A DNA stretch of 64,000 nt from Longimicrobiales bacterium (GTDB lineage: Bacteria > Gemmatimonadota > Gemmatimonadetes > Longimicrobiales > Gaopeijiaceae): contig OZ242008.1 in assembly GCA_965204735.1 (NCBI GenBank), forward strand, positions 2,304,001 through 2,368,000, given 5' to 3'. Below, one piece after another: positions 1-9,839 of the stretch. The position numbers were made by a program, and so were the translations under genes. Each line of letters opens with the position of its first letter. Position 1 is the first letter of the stretch. Under the pieces are notes generated by a model. That model did no database searches. It saw only the letters and a program-made list of their open reading frames with translations, and was not told the origin of the DNA.

Positions 1-1509
1 CCCCGACAGGATGCGGAACTCGTCGTGGCGCAGCAGGGGGTCGTCCCGGAGGTCCAGCCGCAGCCGGGTGCGGCGCGCCAAGTTGCGCACGAAGCGCGGC
101 TCGAACTCCATGACCTGAAGGGCCACTTGAGGGTGGACCCGGACGAGCAGCTGCTTCTCGCCGCCCAGGGCCGCGGCGCGACGGACGCAGCGCTCGATCT
201 CGCGGACCAGGGTGGGGGCGGTCCAGACCCGGCCCGTGCCGCCGCACGCCGCGCAGGGCTCGGTGAGGGAGTGGAGGAGGGACGGACGCACCCGCTGCCG
301 CGTCATCTCGATCAGCCCCAGCTCGGAGACTTCCCACGTCCGGGTGCGGGCTCGGTCCCGCCCCAGGCGGCTGCGGAGCTCGTGGAGCACGCGGTGACGG
401 CTCTCCGGCCGCTCCATGTCGATGAAGTCGATGACGACGATGCCCCCCACGTCCCGCAGCCGCAGCTGGTTCGCGATCTCCCGGGCCGCGTCCAGGTTGG
501 TCTCGAGGATCGTGTCCTCCGGGTCCTTCCTCTTGCCGGTGAAGCGTCCCGTGTTCACGTCCACCGAGACCAGCGCCTCGGTCTGCTCGATGATCACGTG
601 GCCTCCGGACGTCAGATCGACCCGGCGGCGGAAGGCGCGCTGAATCTCTTCTTCGATGCCGGCGTGGTCGAAGAGGGGCCGCTTGCCGTCGTAGAAGTGG
701 ACGCGGTCCGCCAACTCCGGATCGAAGGTCTTGACGTACTCGAGGACCTGCTGGTGGAGCCGCCGGTTGTCCAGCGTCACGGCGTCGAACTTGTCGGTGA
801 ACAAGTCCCGGACCACTCCCGACACCAGCTTCGCGTCCTCGTGCACCAAAGCGGGCGCCTGGGTCCTTTCGGCGCTCCGCTTCACGGCCTCCCAGAGGCG
901 GCGAAGCTCCCTGTGCTCGCGCTCCAGCTTCTCCTGCGTGAGCTCCTCGCCGGCGGTGCGCACGATCACGCCGCCCGGACCCTCGCCGACCACCGCCCGG
1001 GCCATCTCCCGAAGGCGCGCCCGTTCGCCCCGGTCGCCGATCTTGCGGCTCACGCCCACGTTGCCGGCGTGGGGCAGGTACACGAGAAACCGTCCCGGAA
1101 GGGATATCTGGGTCGTGACCCGAGGGCCCTTGGTGGAGATCGACTCCTTGGTGACCTGCACCAGCAGGGACTGGTCCCTCTTCAGCACGTCCTGGATCGG
1201 CCGGCCCTTGCGGCCTCCGCGCTCGCGCCGGGGTTCGGGTCCGCCTTCCCGCCCCCGGGCGCTCCGCTCCCTGCCCTGGTCCCCGTCGTCCACGTCCGAG
1301 GCGTGGAGGAACGCCGCCTTCTCCTCGCCGATGTCCACGAAGGCGGCCTGGATGCCGGGCAGGACCGCGTCCACCCGGCCCAGGAAGACGTCGCCCACCA
1401 TGCGGCCCCGGCCGGGCCGGTCGAACATGAGCTCGGCGAGCCTGCCGTCTTCCTTCAGCGCGACCCAGGACTCCTGTTCGGAGGCGCTGACGAGGATCTC
1501 CCGCGTCAA
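1..1509 (-). CDS. Rne/Rng family ribonuclease (3' end runs off the window)
   Basis: Manual minus-strand translation from TTG at 1509: MTREILVSASEQESWVALKEDGRLAELMFDRP..GDVFLGRVDAVLPGIQAAFVDIG..AFLHASD, later KGPRVT and DVNTG motifs. Not in the ORF track because it is open at the window edge. Confidence 0.92.
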   Translation of the reverse strand, partial: MTREILVSASEQESWVALKEDGRLAELMFDRPGRGRMVGDVFLGRVDAVLPGIQAAFVDIGEEKAAFLHASDVDDGDQGRERSARGREGGPEPRRERGGRKGRPIQDVLKRDQSLLVQVTKESISTKGPRVTTQISLPGRFLVYLPHAGNVGVSRKIGDRGERARLREMARAVVGEGPGGVIVRTAGEELTQEKLEREHRELRRLWEAVKRSAERTQAPALVHEDAKLVSGVVRDLFTDKFDAVTLDNRRLHQQVLEYVKTFDPELADRVHFYDGKRPLFDHAGIEEEIQRAFRRRVDLTSGGHVIIEQTEALVSVDVNTGRFTGKRKDPEDTILETNLDAAREIANQLRLRDVGGIVVIDFIDMERPESRHRVLHELRSRLGRDRARTRTWEVSELGLIEMTRQRVRPSLLHSLTEPCAACGGTGRVWTAPTLVREIERCVRRAAALGGEKQLLVRVHPQVALQVMEFEPRFVRNLARRTRLRLDLRDDPLLRHDEFRILSG

Positions 1510-1564
1510 CGAACCTCTTCCGCGGCGTCCCGCCGTGCCGGAGGCGCCGATCGCGCGCGGGCGC

Positions 1565-2776
1565 TCACGAGCCCAGCTCCTTCAGCAGGTGACGGCCGAT
1601 CACGATCTTCTGGATCTCGCTCGTTCCCTCCCCGATCTCGCAGGCCTTGGCGTCGCGAAGGATCCGTTCGACCGGATGCTCGCTCGTGTAGCCCGCGGCC
1701 CCCATGCACTGGACCGCGCTCCGCGCCGCCTTCGTGGCGAGCTCCGAAGCCAGGAGCTTGGACATTGCCGCCTCCTTGGCGAAGGGCCGTCCCGCGTCCT
1801 TCAGCCACGCCGCGTGGTAGGCCAGGCGCCGAGCGGCCTCGACCTCCGCCGCCAGCGCGGCCAGGGGGAAGCGCACGTCCTGGAACTCCCAGACGGGCCG
1901 ACCGAACTGGCGGCGACGGGCCGCGTACGCCACCGCGGCGTCCAGGGCGCCCTGGGCCAGCCCCAGCGACAGAGCGGCGATGGCGATCCGCCCCGCGTCG
2001 AGCGTCTTCATGAAGTTGGCGAACCCCTGCCCCTCCTCGCCGACGCGCTGGTCCTCGCTCACCCAGACGTCCTCCATGTGGAGCTCCCGGGTGTCGGAGG
2101 CGCGCCAGCCCAGCTTGTCTTCCTTCTCGCCCGCGCTCACGCCCTTGGCGTAGGGAAGATCGGGGCGGTGGCCCACGCCGGTTCGCCGGGCCTCCTCCAG
2201 GTCCACGGTGGGCTTGCACAGCACGAAGTTGGTGATTCCCTGGTGGCCCTTGGCCGGGTCCGTCACCGCCGTCACGGTGAAGACCTCGCCGACGCCGGCG
2301 TGGGTGATGAATATCTTGCTTCCGGTGATCGCGTAGCCGCCTTCGCGACGGACGGCGCGGGTGCGGGCGCCCGACGAGTCGGAGCCGGCGCCGGGCTCGG
2401 TGAGTCCGAAGCCGCCCAGCACTTGTCCGGTGGCCAGCAGGGGGACGAAGCGGGCCTTCTGCTCTTCGGTGCCGAAGGTCAGGATCGGCATGGTGCCCAG
2501 GGTGGTGTGGGCCGAGACGGTGATCGCGTGGCTGGCGTCGTGCCTGGCCAGCTCCTCGACCAGCAGGACGCAGCTGAGGTAGTCGCGGCCCATCCCGCCG
2601 AAGCGCTTCGGAACGGGAACGCCGAGCCAACCCCGTTCGCCCATCGCCTTGACGTTGTCCCAGGGGAAGCGGGCGGTCTCGTCCAGCTCCCGGGCCACGG
2701 GGGCGACCGACTCCCGCGCAAAGTCCCGAACCTGGGCTTGGAGGTCGCGGTGGTCCGGGTCCAGGTAGGGGTCCAT
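1565..2776 (-). CDS. Acyl-CoA dehydrogenase
   Basis: C-terminal part of ORF 1565..4576 from MDPYLDP; motifs [43 protein letters not shown]. Confidence 0.95.
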   Translation of the reverse strand: MDPYLDPDHRDLQAQVRDFARESVAPVARELDETARFPWDNVKAMGERGWLGVPVPKRFGGMGRDYLSCVLLVEELARHDASHAITVSAHTTLGTMPILTFGTEEQKARFVPLLATGQVLGGFGLTEPGAGSDSSGARTRAVRREGGYAITGSKIFITHAGVGEVFTVTAVTDPAKGHQGITNFVLCKPTVDLEEARRTGVGHRPDLPYAKGVSAGEKEDKLGWRASDTRELHMEDVWVSEDQRVGEEGQGFANFMKTLDAGRIAIAALSLGLAQGALDAAVAYAARRRQFGRPVWEFQDVRFPLAALAAEVEAARRLAYHAAWLKDAGRPFAKEAAMSKLLASELATKAARSAVQCMGAAGYTSEHPVERILRDAKACEIGEGTSEIQKIVIGRHLLKELGS

Positions 2777-2814
2777 GGGCGGGCGACGGGCGGTCTGCGA
2801 CAAGGGGGCTCGGG

Positions 2815-4539
2815 CTACGGGGGCGCCGGGACCAAGCCGCGGCGTTCGCACAGGTCGCACGATCCGCAACGGCGCCGGGCGGGCGTTTCTCCAAGATAAC
2901 GCAGAAGCGAGGCGCGTCGGCACCCCAGGCGCCCGCAGTACTTGCGCATGGCGCGGAGGCGTTCCAGCGACTGGGCGCGAGCCGCCGAGAGAGAGGTCAG
3001 GTCGGGGGAAGCGCCGGTGACGACGGCGGCGGGACCCGGTTCGGCGGGAGGTCCGGCGGCCTCCCCGTCCGGCCAGCTCTCGACCCACTCGGCAAGCGCC
3101 GGGGCCAGCCGGAGGGCGCCGGAGCGGGCAAGCCACTTGACGTGGGGCACGTTGGCGCCGCCGGGGCCGGCAAGGTCGCGGGGGCCGAGGTCGGGGACGC
3201 GGGCGGCGGGGCCGGAGACCGAGGCGGCGAAGGCGGGGACGCCTTCCCGCGCGGTCCTGCCGGCGCGCCGGGCGGCCGACTTGACCTTGCGCAGGAGGTC
3301 CAGGACTTCCCGCTCCGGCGGGAACGAGCGGTCCAGGAAGGACTCGGGCACCCGCCAGTCGCTCCTTGCGACGAACCCCACGGCGATCGAGGGAGCGCCG
3401 TCGCGTCCTGCCCGCCCCGCTTCCTGATAGTAGCTCTCGAGCGAGCCGGGGAAGGCGTAGTGGAACACGGCGCAGACGTCGCCTCGGTCGATGCCCATCC
3501 CGAAGGCGCAGGTGGCCACGACCACGTTGGACTCGCCGGACATGAAGCGACGCTGGACGGCCTGCCGCTCTTCCCCTGGAAGGGCTGCGTGGTAGGCGTC
3601 TCCGACGACCCCGAGCCCGGCCAGCGCCCGACGCACGGCGACCACCTGCCGGCGGGTGGGAGCGTAGACGATCACCGCTCTTCCCCTCGAGTCGGGAGGC
3701 AGCCCGCGAACCGCCCGGACGATTGCGCGGACCCTCTCGGCGCCGGGGGCGCGCCGATCGACCAGCCAGCGGATGTTGGGGCGGTCGAAGGAGGTGACGA
3801 CGCGGAGGGGCTCCTTCATTCCAGCCACGCGCACGATGTCGTCGCGGACGGCGGGGGTGGCGGTGGCGGTCACGGCGAGCACGGGGGCGGGCGCGACGGC
3901 ACGCAGGGCCCGGACTCGGCGGAACGCCGGACGAAACTCGTGACCCCACTCGGAGATGCAGTGGGCCTCGTCGATGGTGATCAGCGAGACGCGGGCCCGG
4001 CCCAGCAGGGCTCGGAGCCTGGCCGCCTCGAGTCGCTCCGGGGAGCAGAAGAGGAGGTCGAGGCGGTTCTCCAGGACCGCCTTCTCGGCGCGGCGCTGAT
4101 CGGGCTCGGGGTCCTGGGAGGTGAGGGACGCGGCTCGGAGGCCGAGGCGACGGGCGCGGTCGACTTGGTCCTGCATCAGGGAGATGAGGGGACTGATCAC
4201 CACGACCACGCCGTCCAGGACGAAGGCGGGCAGCTGGAAGCAGAGCGTCTTTCCGCCGCCGGTGGGAAGGACGCCGAGGGCGTCGCGGCCCGACAGCACG
4301 GCGCACACCAGGCGCTCCTGGCCGGGACGAAAGCCGTCGAAGCCGAAGCGTCTGCGCAGCACGGCGCGGGCCCGCGCCTGCACCGACCCGCTGCCCGCCC
4401 CCGGAGCTTCCTCGCCGGCCGGCACCGGCTCCCTGCCCGCCCCCAGAGCTTCCATGCCCGCCTGCACCGGCTCCCTGCCCGCCCGCCGAGCTTCCTCGCC
4501 CGCCTGCACCGACTCCCTGCCCGCCCCCAGCGTTTCCAT
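2815..4539 (-). CDS. recQ: RecQ family ATP-dependent DNA helicase
   Basis: FRPGQE, LPTGGGKTLCFQLP, DEAHCISEWGHEFRP, ATCAFGMGID, YYQEAGRAGRDG and C-terminal Zn motif CRR..CGSCDLC. Start uncertain (ATG 4539 chosen). Confidence 0.93.
   Translation of the reverse strand: METLGAGRESVQAGEEARRAGREPVQAGMEALGAGREPVPAGEEAPGAGSGSVQARARAVLRRRFGFDGFRPGQERLVCAVLSGRDALGVLPTGGGKTLCFQLPAFVLDGVVVVISPLISLMQDQVDRARRLGLRAASLTSQDPEPDQRRAEKAVLENRLDLLFCSPERLEAARLRALLGRARVSLITIDEAHCISEWGHEFRPAFRRVRALRAVAPAPVLAVTATATPAVRDDIVRVAGMKEPLRVVTSFDRPNIRWLVDRRAPGAERVRAIVRAVRGLPPDSRGRAVIVYAPTRRQVVAVRRALAGLGVVGDAYHAALPGEERQAVQRRFMSGESNVVVATCAFGMGIDRGDVCAVFHYAFPGSLESYYQEAGRAGRDGAPSIAVGFVARSDWRVPESFLDRSFPPEREVLDLLRKVKSAARRAGRTAREGVPAFAASVSGPAARVPDLGPRDLAGPGGANVPHVKWLARSGALRLAPALAEWVESWPDGEAAGPPAEPGPAAVVTGASPDLTSLSAARAQSLERLRAMRKYCGRLGCRRASLLRYLGETPARRRCGSCDLCERRGLVPAPP
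4375..4539. repeat. Four imperfect 42-bp tandem repeats encoding the RecQ N-terminus
   Basis: METLGAGRESVQAG / EEARRAGREPVQAG / MEALGAGREPVPAG / EEAPGAGSGSVQAR. Confidence 0.85.
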
Positions 4540-4598
4540 GCCCACCAATAAGGGGCATCGCGCGGGACTCGGACATGGCGGAATGGGCGGGGGCGCGT

Positions 4599-4793
4599 CT
4601 ACTCCCCGGTGCGACCAGGCAGGAAGCGGAGAACGAGTCCGATTCCGAGGACGGCGACCCCCGCCCAGACGAGCCATCCGATCCCGATTCCCATCCCGGC
4701 GAGGGCGAGGGCCGCGCCTGCGCCGAAGAGGCGCACCTTCCAGTGGACGTGCGGGTCGTCCTTGCCCGAGCGGCTTCGCGACGGCCGGAACAC
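4599..4793 (-). CDS. Small two-TM membrane protein
   Basis: WKVRLFGAGAALALAGMGIGIGWLVWAGVAVLGIGLVLRFLP; fills the gap between the crotonase and recQ; GTG start at 4793. Confidence 0.6.
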   Translation of the reverse strand: MFRPSRSRSGKDDPHVHWKVRLFGAGAALALAGMGIGIGWLVWAGVAVLGIGLVLRFLPGRTGE

Positions 4794-4798
4794 GGCGC

Positions 4799-5578
4799 TC
4801 AGCCGCCGTCGTTGCGCGAGAGGAAGCGGTCCACGCCTTCCCGGCACTCCCGGGTCAAGCGGGCAATCGCGTTGACCTCCGCCCCGCGCGCCACCGCGTC
4901 CTCGAACGAGGCGCCCTCCATGCCGTAGAGAAGCCGCTTGGCGAGAGCGACGGCCGTCGGGGGGCGGTCGGCCAGCTCCGCCAAGTACTCGTCGACGGCG
5001 CCATCGAAGGCGGCCCCTTGAAGGACCCGGTTGACCAAGCCGATGCGCCGGGCCTCCGCCGCGTCGATTGCGCGGCCGCCCACGGCCAGCTCGAAGGCGG
5101 CGGCCTCGCCCACCTTCCTGCGCAGCACGGCCGTCACCAGCGCCGGGACGAACCCGATCCGCACCTCCGGGTAGGCGAAGCGAGCGTCTTCGTGGGCAAG
5201 CACCAGGTCGCACGCCGAAGCGAGTCCGCACCCGCCGCCCAGCGCCCGGCCCTCGACGACGGCCACGACCGGCTTCGGCAGCCTTCGGATCGCGACGAAG
5301 AGGTCCCCCAGCCGCTGGGCCTGGGCCAGTCCCTCTTCCGGCCCCTGGTCGCGGGACTCGGCCAGCTCGGCCAAGTCGGCGCCGGCGCAGAAGTCGCCCC
5401 CGGCGCCCCGGAGGGCGATCACTCGCGCGCTCGGGTCGTCGCCCAGCCGCGCCAGCCGACCGGCGAGCTCCGCGACCATCGCCGCGTTCAGCGCGTTCCG
5501 CTTCCCCGGCCGGTTCAGCGTGACCCGGGCCACGCCGTCGGCCACTTCCGCCAGAACGAGCCGTTCAGCCCCGGTCAC
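4799..5578 (-). CDS. Enoyl-CoA hydratase/isomerase (methylglutaconyl-CoA hydratase-like)
   Basis: LNRPGKRNALN, FCAGADL, ALGGGCGLASACD, YPEVRIG. Confidence 0.92.
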   Translation of the reverse strand: MTGAERLVLAEVADGVARVTLNRPGKRNALNAAMVAELAGRLARLGDDPSARVIALRGAGGDFCAGADLAELAESRDQGPEEGLAQAQRLGDLFVAIRRLPKPVVAVVEGRALGGGCGLASACDLVLAHEDARFAYPEVRIGFVPALVTAVLRRKVGEAAAFELAVGGRAIDAAEARRIGLVNRVLQGAAFDGAVDEYLAELADRPPTAVALAKRLLYGMEGASFEDAVARGAEVNAIARLTRECREGVDRFLSRNDGG

Positions 5579-5988
5579 GGGCGTCCCCGGCCTCGCACCC
5601 GTTCCGCAACTTCGGCGGGCGCCTCGATCCGCATCCGGAGCAGCGCCGTGCTGAAGACCTTCCCCTGGGCGTCGGTCATGAGGGAGACGGTGCCGCCTCC
5701 GTCCAGGGCCTCGTGGAGCAGGAAGTTGAGGGCGTGGAGGTTGGGAAGCTCGAAGCGCTCCACCGGACCCTTCACCAGGTCGCCGAAGTGCTCCTTGACC
5801 CTCTCCGCCGTGAGCTGCTCCACGAGAAGCGGGTAGTCCTCCTCGTCGTAGGCGATGACGCCCACGTTCGCCGTGTCTCCCTTGTCGCCCGAGCGGGCGT
5901 GAGCCAGCTCCAGCAGCTGCACGGCGGCCACCGCCCCGTCGGGGCGAAGCCCGGTCGCACCGGCGGCGCCCGTTGCGACGGTCGTCAA
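5575..5988 (-). CDS. AtuA-related small protein (AtuA C-terminal-like)
   Basis: LAHARSGDKGDTANVGVIA..VERFELPNLHALNFLL..LDGGGT.SL..DAQGK. Confidence 0.85.
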   Translation of the reverse strand: MTTVATGAAGATGLRPDGAVAAVQLLELAHARSGDKGDTANVGVIAYDEEDYPLLVEQLTAERVKEHFGDLVKGPVERFELPNLHALNFLLHEALDGGGTVSLMTDAQGKVFSTALLRMRIEAPAEVAERVRGRGRP

Positions 5989-5998
5989 GCGCAGGTCC

Positions 5999-7372
5999 TC
6001 ATGCGTCGATGAAGCGGACGGCCAGGGAGGGCTCCACGGCGGCGCGGTCGATCAGCGCCGGCCAGTACGCCACGACTTCCTGCACCGCCGGACGCCCGCC
6101 GGCGAAGCCGGTGACCGACGGCGGCCCGGTGAGCACCAGGGGCGCGACCTCCCGGGCGAAGCGCGCCACTGCAGCCCGCTCGCTCCCCCGCACGCCGACC
6201 CGAAGCTGGACTTCCGGCAGGTCCGGCGGCGGTTCGCCGGTCAAGTGGCCGTGGGTCGCGTCCCATCCCACAAGCTCCACCAGCACCTTGTCGAACGCCA
6301 GCCCCAGGCGGTCCAGCCGCTCCTTGAGGATGCGGGCCGCCGTCCGGGCCTTGGCCGCCGCGTCGGGCCAAGCGTAGACGAGGGAGCCCACCGCCTTGAA
6401 GCCGGCGGAGCAGGCGACGGACACCTTCAGAAAGGGGGTGGGAGGGCCGCCGCGGACCCCGTGAACGCGCACCCGGTCGCCGCCCTCGTCGGAGAGCCGA
6501 ACCGTGGTGAAGTCGGCGGTCGCGTCGGGGGTCACGTACTGCTTGGGGTCGCCCATCTCGTAGACGAGCTGCTCCTTGACCGTGCGCGCGGTGACCGCGC
6601 CCCCCGAACCCGGGTGCTTGGTGATCACGAAGGAGCCGTCGGGCTCGGCCTCGACGATGGGAAAGCCGACCCGGGCCATCTCCGGCAGCGTCCACCACTC
6701 CGCCGAGCAGTTGCCCCCCGTGGCCTGGGCGCCGCACTCGTTCACGTGTCCGGCCACCACGCCGGCGGCCAAGAGGTCGTGGGCGTCCCAAGGCCAGCCG
6801 AACTCGTGCACCATGGGACCGTAGGTGAGCGCCGTGTCGGTGGAGCGCCCGGTCACCACCACCTGGGCGCCGCCCGCCAGCGCCGCCACGATCGGCCGCG
6901 CGCCCATGTAGACGTTGGCGCTCCGGACCCGGTCCCGCACGGCGGCGAGCGGCTCGCCCGTCTCCATGTGCTCGAGGGCGTGGCCCGCGGCCAGCAGGTC
7001 GTCCAGCCTGTCCATGAGGTCGTCGCCGGCCACCACGCCGACCCTGGCGCGGCCCCCGACCCCCGCTCGCCGCGCAGCGTCGGCGACGGCCTGGGCGCAC
7101 GCCGCAGGGTTCACGCCGCCGGCGTTGGTGACGACCTTGACGTTCCTCGCCGCGCACGCCGGAAAGATGCGCTCCATCAGCGGCACGAAGTCCCGGGCGT
7201 AGCCGGCCGACGGGTCGCGAGCGCGCTGCTTCTGCATGATCGACATCGTCACTTCGGCCAAGTAGTCCAGCACCAGGTAGTCGATGGGCCCTCCCTCCAC
7301 CTGCCGGACCGGGGCGTCCAGGTCGTCGCCCCAGAAGCCCTGGCCGCTGGCGATGCGCACCGGCCCGGTCAC
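5999..7372 (-). CDS. Acyclic terpene utilization AtuA family protein (DUF1446)
   Basis: VRIASGQGFWGD, DYLAEVTMSI, TNAGGVNP, GHVNECGAQATGGN, EQLVYEMGDP..Y.TPD; GTG start overlaps the upstream stop (GTGA). Confidence 0.9.
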   Translation of the reverse strand: MTGPVRIASGQGFWGDDLDAPVRQVEGGPIDYLVLDYLAEVTMSIMQKQRARDPSAGYARDFVPLMERIFPACAARNVKVVTNAGGVNPAACAQAVADAARRAGVGGRARVGVVAGDDLMDRLDDLLAAGHALEHMETGEPLAAVRDRVRSANVYMGARPIVAALAGGAQVVVTGRSTDTALTYGPMVHEFGWPWDAHDLLAAGVVAGHVNECGAQATGGNCSAEWWTLPEMARVGFPIVEAEPDGSFVITKHPGSGGAVTARTVKEQLVYEMGDPKQYVTPDATADFTTVRLSDEGGDRVRVHGVRGGPPTPFLKVSVACSAGFKAVGSLVYAWPDAAAKARTAARILKERLDRLGLAFDKVLVELVGWDATHGHLTGEPPPDLPEVQLRVGVRGSERAAVARFAREVAPLVLTGPPSVTGFAGGRPAVQEVVAYWPALIDRAAVEPSLAVRFIDA

Positions 7373-9177
7373 GCCCCGCCGTCTCCCGCCGACCCCGCCA
7401 ACGGCTCCGACCGCGCCCCCCGGGTCCCTCGCGGCGGCGGCGCGTGCCGCGCCCCCGCTTCCGCCAGCCCCGGCGGCAGCACGAAGGCGCCCAGGTGCGG
7501 CCCCGCGTTGTTCAGCGCCGCCCGCAGCAGCAGCGTCAGCACGTCCCGAAGCTCCTCGGGGAGCACCACCGCGTCCACGAACCCCCGCGCGCCGGCGTAG
7601 ATCGCGCTCAGCTGCTCGTCGTACTCGGCGCGCACCTCCTCCATCCGGGCCGCCGTCTCGGCGTCGGGCGCCTTCCCCTCCGCCGCCAGCCGCTCGACCT
7701 GCGCGCCGAAGAGGGCCGTGGCCGCGCTCTCGCCTTCCATGACCCCCATCCGCCCCGTCGGCAGCGAGAGGACGAAGTCGGGGTCGAAGCCCTGCCCCGC
7801 CATGGCGTAGTAGCCGGCCCCCGAGGCGTGGTTGACGGTGAGGACCAGCTTGGGGACGACCGCCGTCGCCATCGCCTCCACGAAGCGGGCGCCCGCCCGG
7901 ATGATCCCGCTGTGCTCGGCCTCCGTTCCCACCATGAAGCCGGACACGTCCTGGACGAAGAGGAGGGGAGTCCCCTGTCGGCTCGCCGTCTCGATGAAGT
8001 ACGCCGCCTTCTCCGCCGACTCGGTGTAGAAGATGCCGCCCAGGCGGGGCGGACCCGGGCGCGCGTCCTTCACGATCCCCCGTCGGTTCGCCAGCACTGC
8101 GACGTTGACGCCGGCGACGGCGCCCGTGCCGCAGATCAACTCGGCCGCGTACTCGGGCTGGAACTCGGCCAGCGCCCCGCCGTCCAGCACCGCTTCCAGC
8201 ACCGCCTCCATCTCGTAAGGCTGGCGGTGGTCGTCGGGAACGATCTCGTACAGCTCCTCGGCGGCACGCGAAGGGGGCCGAAACGCCGTCGCCGGCGCGC
8301 CCGCGCCTCCCCCTCGGCCCGCTCCGCCCGCCTCCCTCGGTCCGGCCGTGCCCGTCGCCCGCCGCGCTCCGGTCTCCGGCAGCCCCGCCACCAGTTCCCG
8401 CAGCTTGGCGACGCACGCCTCGTCGTCCTTGGCCCGGTAGTGGGCCACGCCGCTCACCTGGGTGTGGACCGCCGCGCCCCCCAGCTCCTCCCGCCCCACC
8501 GTCCGCCCCGTGGCGCCCTTCACCAAGTTGGGACCGCCCAGCCCCATGAAGCTGGTCCCCTCCACCATCACGATCGCGTCCGAGAGCGCGGGCAGGTACG
8601 CGCCCCCTGCAATGCACGGACCCATCACCGCCGCGAACTGGGGCACCTTCAGGTAGCGGCGCATCATCGAGCAGTAGTAGAAGATCCGCGCGGCCCCGTA
8701 CTGCCCGGGAAAGACGCCGCCCTGGTACGGCAGGTTCACGCCCGCCGAGTCCACCAAGTACGCGATGGGCACTCGGCAGCGCATGGCGATCTCCTGCGCC
8801 CGAAGGATCTTCTTGATCGTCTCCGGCCACCACGACCCGGCCTTCACCGTGGCGTCGTTGGCGACCACCACCACCTCCCGGCCCGCCACCACGCCGACCC
8901 CCGTCACGACCCCGGCCGCGGGCGCCTTCCCCTCGTAGCGGTCGTGAGCCACCAGCAGGCCGACCTCGGCCCACGTGGTCCCCGGGTCGAGGAGCCGCTC
9001 CAGCCGCTCCCGCACCGCCAGCTTTCCCTTTGCGTGCTGTCGGCGGATACCTTTGACGCCGCCTCCGAGCCGCAGCCTTTCGCGAAGCTCCGACAGCTCC
9101 CGGCCCAGCTCCCCCATCCGACCCGACGGCCGGGCGGGCCGGCCGGCCGAGCCTCGGGCGCCGTCGCGGCCGCTCAC
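7369..9177 (-). CDS. Acyl-CoA carboxylase carboxyltransferase subunit (MCC/geranyl-CoA carboxylase beta-like)
   Basis: KGKLAVRERL, ANDATVKAGSW, YLVDSAGVNLP, GPCIAGGAYLP, QDVSGFMVG, GAGYYAMAG. Confidence 0.93.
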   Translation of the reverse strand: MSGRDGARGSAGRPARPSGRMGELGRELSELRERLRLGGGVKGIRRQHAKGKLAVRERLERLLDPGTTWAEVGLLVAHDRYEGKAPAAGVVTGVGVVAGREVVVVANDATVKAGSWWPETIKKILRAQEIAMRCRVPIAYLVDSAGVNLPYQGGVFPGQYGAARIFYYCSMMRRYLKVPQFAAVMGPCIAGGAYLPALSDAIVMVEGTSFMGLGGPNLVKGATGRTVGREELGGAAVHTQVSGVAHYRAKDDEACVAKLRELVAGLPETGARRATGTAGPREAGGAGRGGGAGAPATAFRPPSRAAEELYEIVPDDHRQPYEMEAVLEAVLDGGALAEFQPEYAAELICGTGAVAGVNVAVLANRRGIVKDARPGPPRLGGIFYTESAEKAAYFIETASRQGTPLLFVQDVSGFMVGTEAEHSGIIRAGARFVEAMATAVVPKLVLTVNHASGAGYYAMAGQGFDPDFVLSLPTGRMGVMEGESAATALFGAQVERLAAEGKAPDAETAARMEEVRAEYDEQLSAIYAGARGFVDAVVLPEELRDVLTLLLRAALNNAGPHLGAFVLPPGLAEAGARHAPPPRGTRGARSEPLAGSAGDGGA

Positions 9178-9597
9178 CTAGTACGGGTCCTCCCGCTGGG
9201 CGAACCACTCCCGCACGTACGCCACCGCTTCGGCAGTGGTGGCGCCCGGGCCGAAGAGCCGTCCCACCCCCTTCGCCGCCAGCTGCTCGGCGTCCTGGGT
9301 CGGGATGATTCCGCCGCCCGTGAGAAGGACGTGCTCCAGCCCTTCCTCGACCAGCAGCTCGCGCACCTTGGGGAAGAGGGTCATGTGGGCGCCGGAGAGA
9401 ACCGACATCGCCACCACGTCCACGTCCTCCTGCACCGCCGCCGCGACGATCATCTCGGGCGTCTGGTGGAGCCCGGTGTAGATCACCTCGAAGCCGGCGT
9501 CCCGGAACGCCGCGGCGATCACCTTGGCGCCCCGGTCGTGGCCGTCCAGGCCCGGCTTCGCCACCAGCACCCGGATCGCCCGGTCGTGCTCCGACAT
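9178..9597 (-). CDS. Stand-alone cobalamin-binding domain (acyl-CoA mutase small subunit)
   Basis: [14 protein letters not shown] (DxHxxG), SVLSGAH, GGGIIP, FGPG. Confidence 0.93.
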   Translation of the reverse strand: MSEHDRAIRVLVAKPGLDGHDRGAKVIAAAFRDAGFEVIYTGLHQTPEMIVAAAVQEDVDVVAMSVLSGAHMTLFPKVRELLVEEGLEHVLLTGGGIIPTQDAEQLAAKGVGRLFGPGATTAEAVAYVREWFAQREDPY

Positions 9598-9770
9598 GAC
9601 GCTCCCGTGAAGAGAGGAAGTGCGGGACGAGACCCAGACCCCCGCAACCGCGACAATTTAGTCCGACACCGGCTGCTCTCGGAAGCTTGATTGTCGCCTG
9701 CTTCGACGTTCGTCGAGCGAAACCGCCAAACCGTCTATTGAGCAACAGCCGTCTGGGGCAACGCCCTCGC

Positions 9771-9799
9771 TTGGACGCGGGTACGGGAAGATGTACGAT
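9771..9799 (+). promoter_or_regulatory. Possible sigma70 promoter for murB
   Basis: TTGGAC (9771)-N17-TACGAT (9794). Confidence 0.35.
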
Positions 9800-9839
9800 T
9801 GAGCCTCGGTTCCCTCAACCCGCGTGCCCGCCAGCCGCC

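Noticed and set aside
25..2013. Long plus-strand ORFs (25..2013, 731..2899) and many similar antisense ORFs across the window
   Set aside because: Shadows of real minus-strand genes in high-GC DNA; Arg/Pro/Gly-rich with no family motifs.
5999..9745. ORF-track giant fusions (5999..9745, 1565..4576, 37328..40411, 19859..22909)
   Set aside because: Only the C-terminal parts are real genes; the upstream parts are off-frame overlaps of neighbouring genes.
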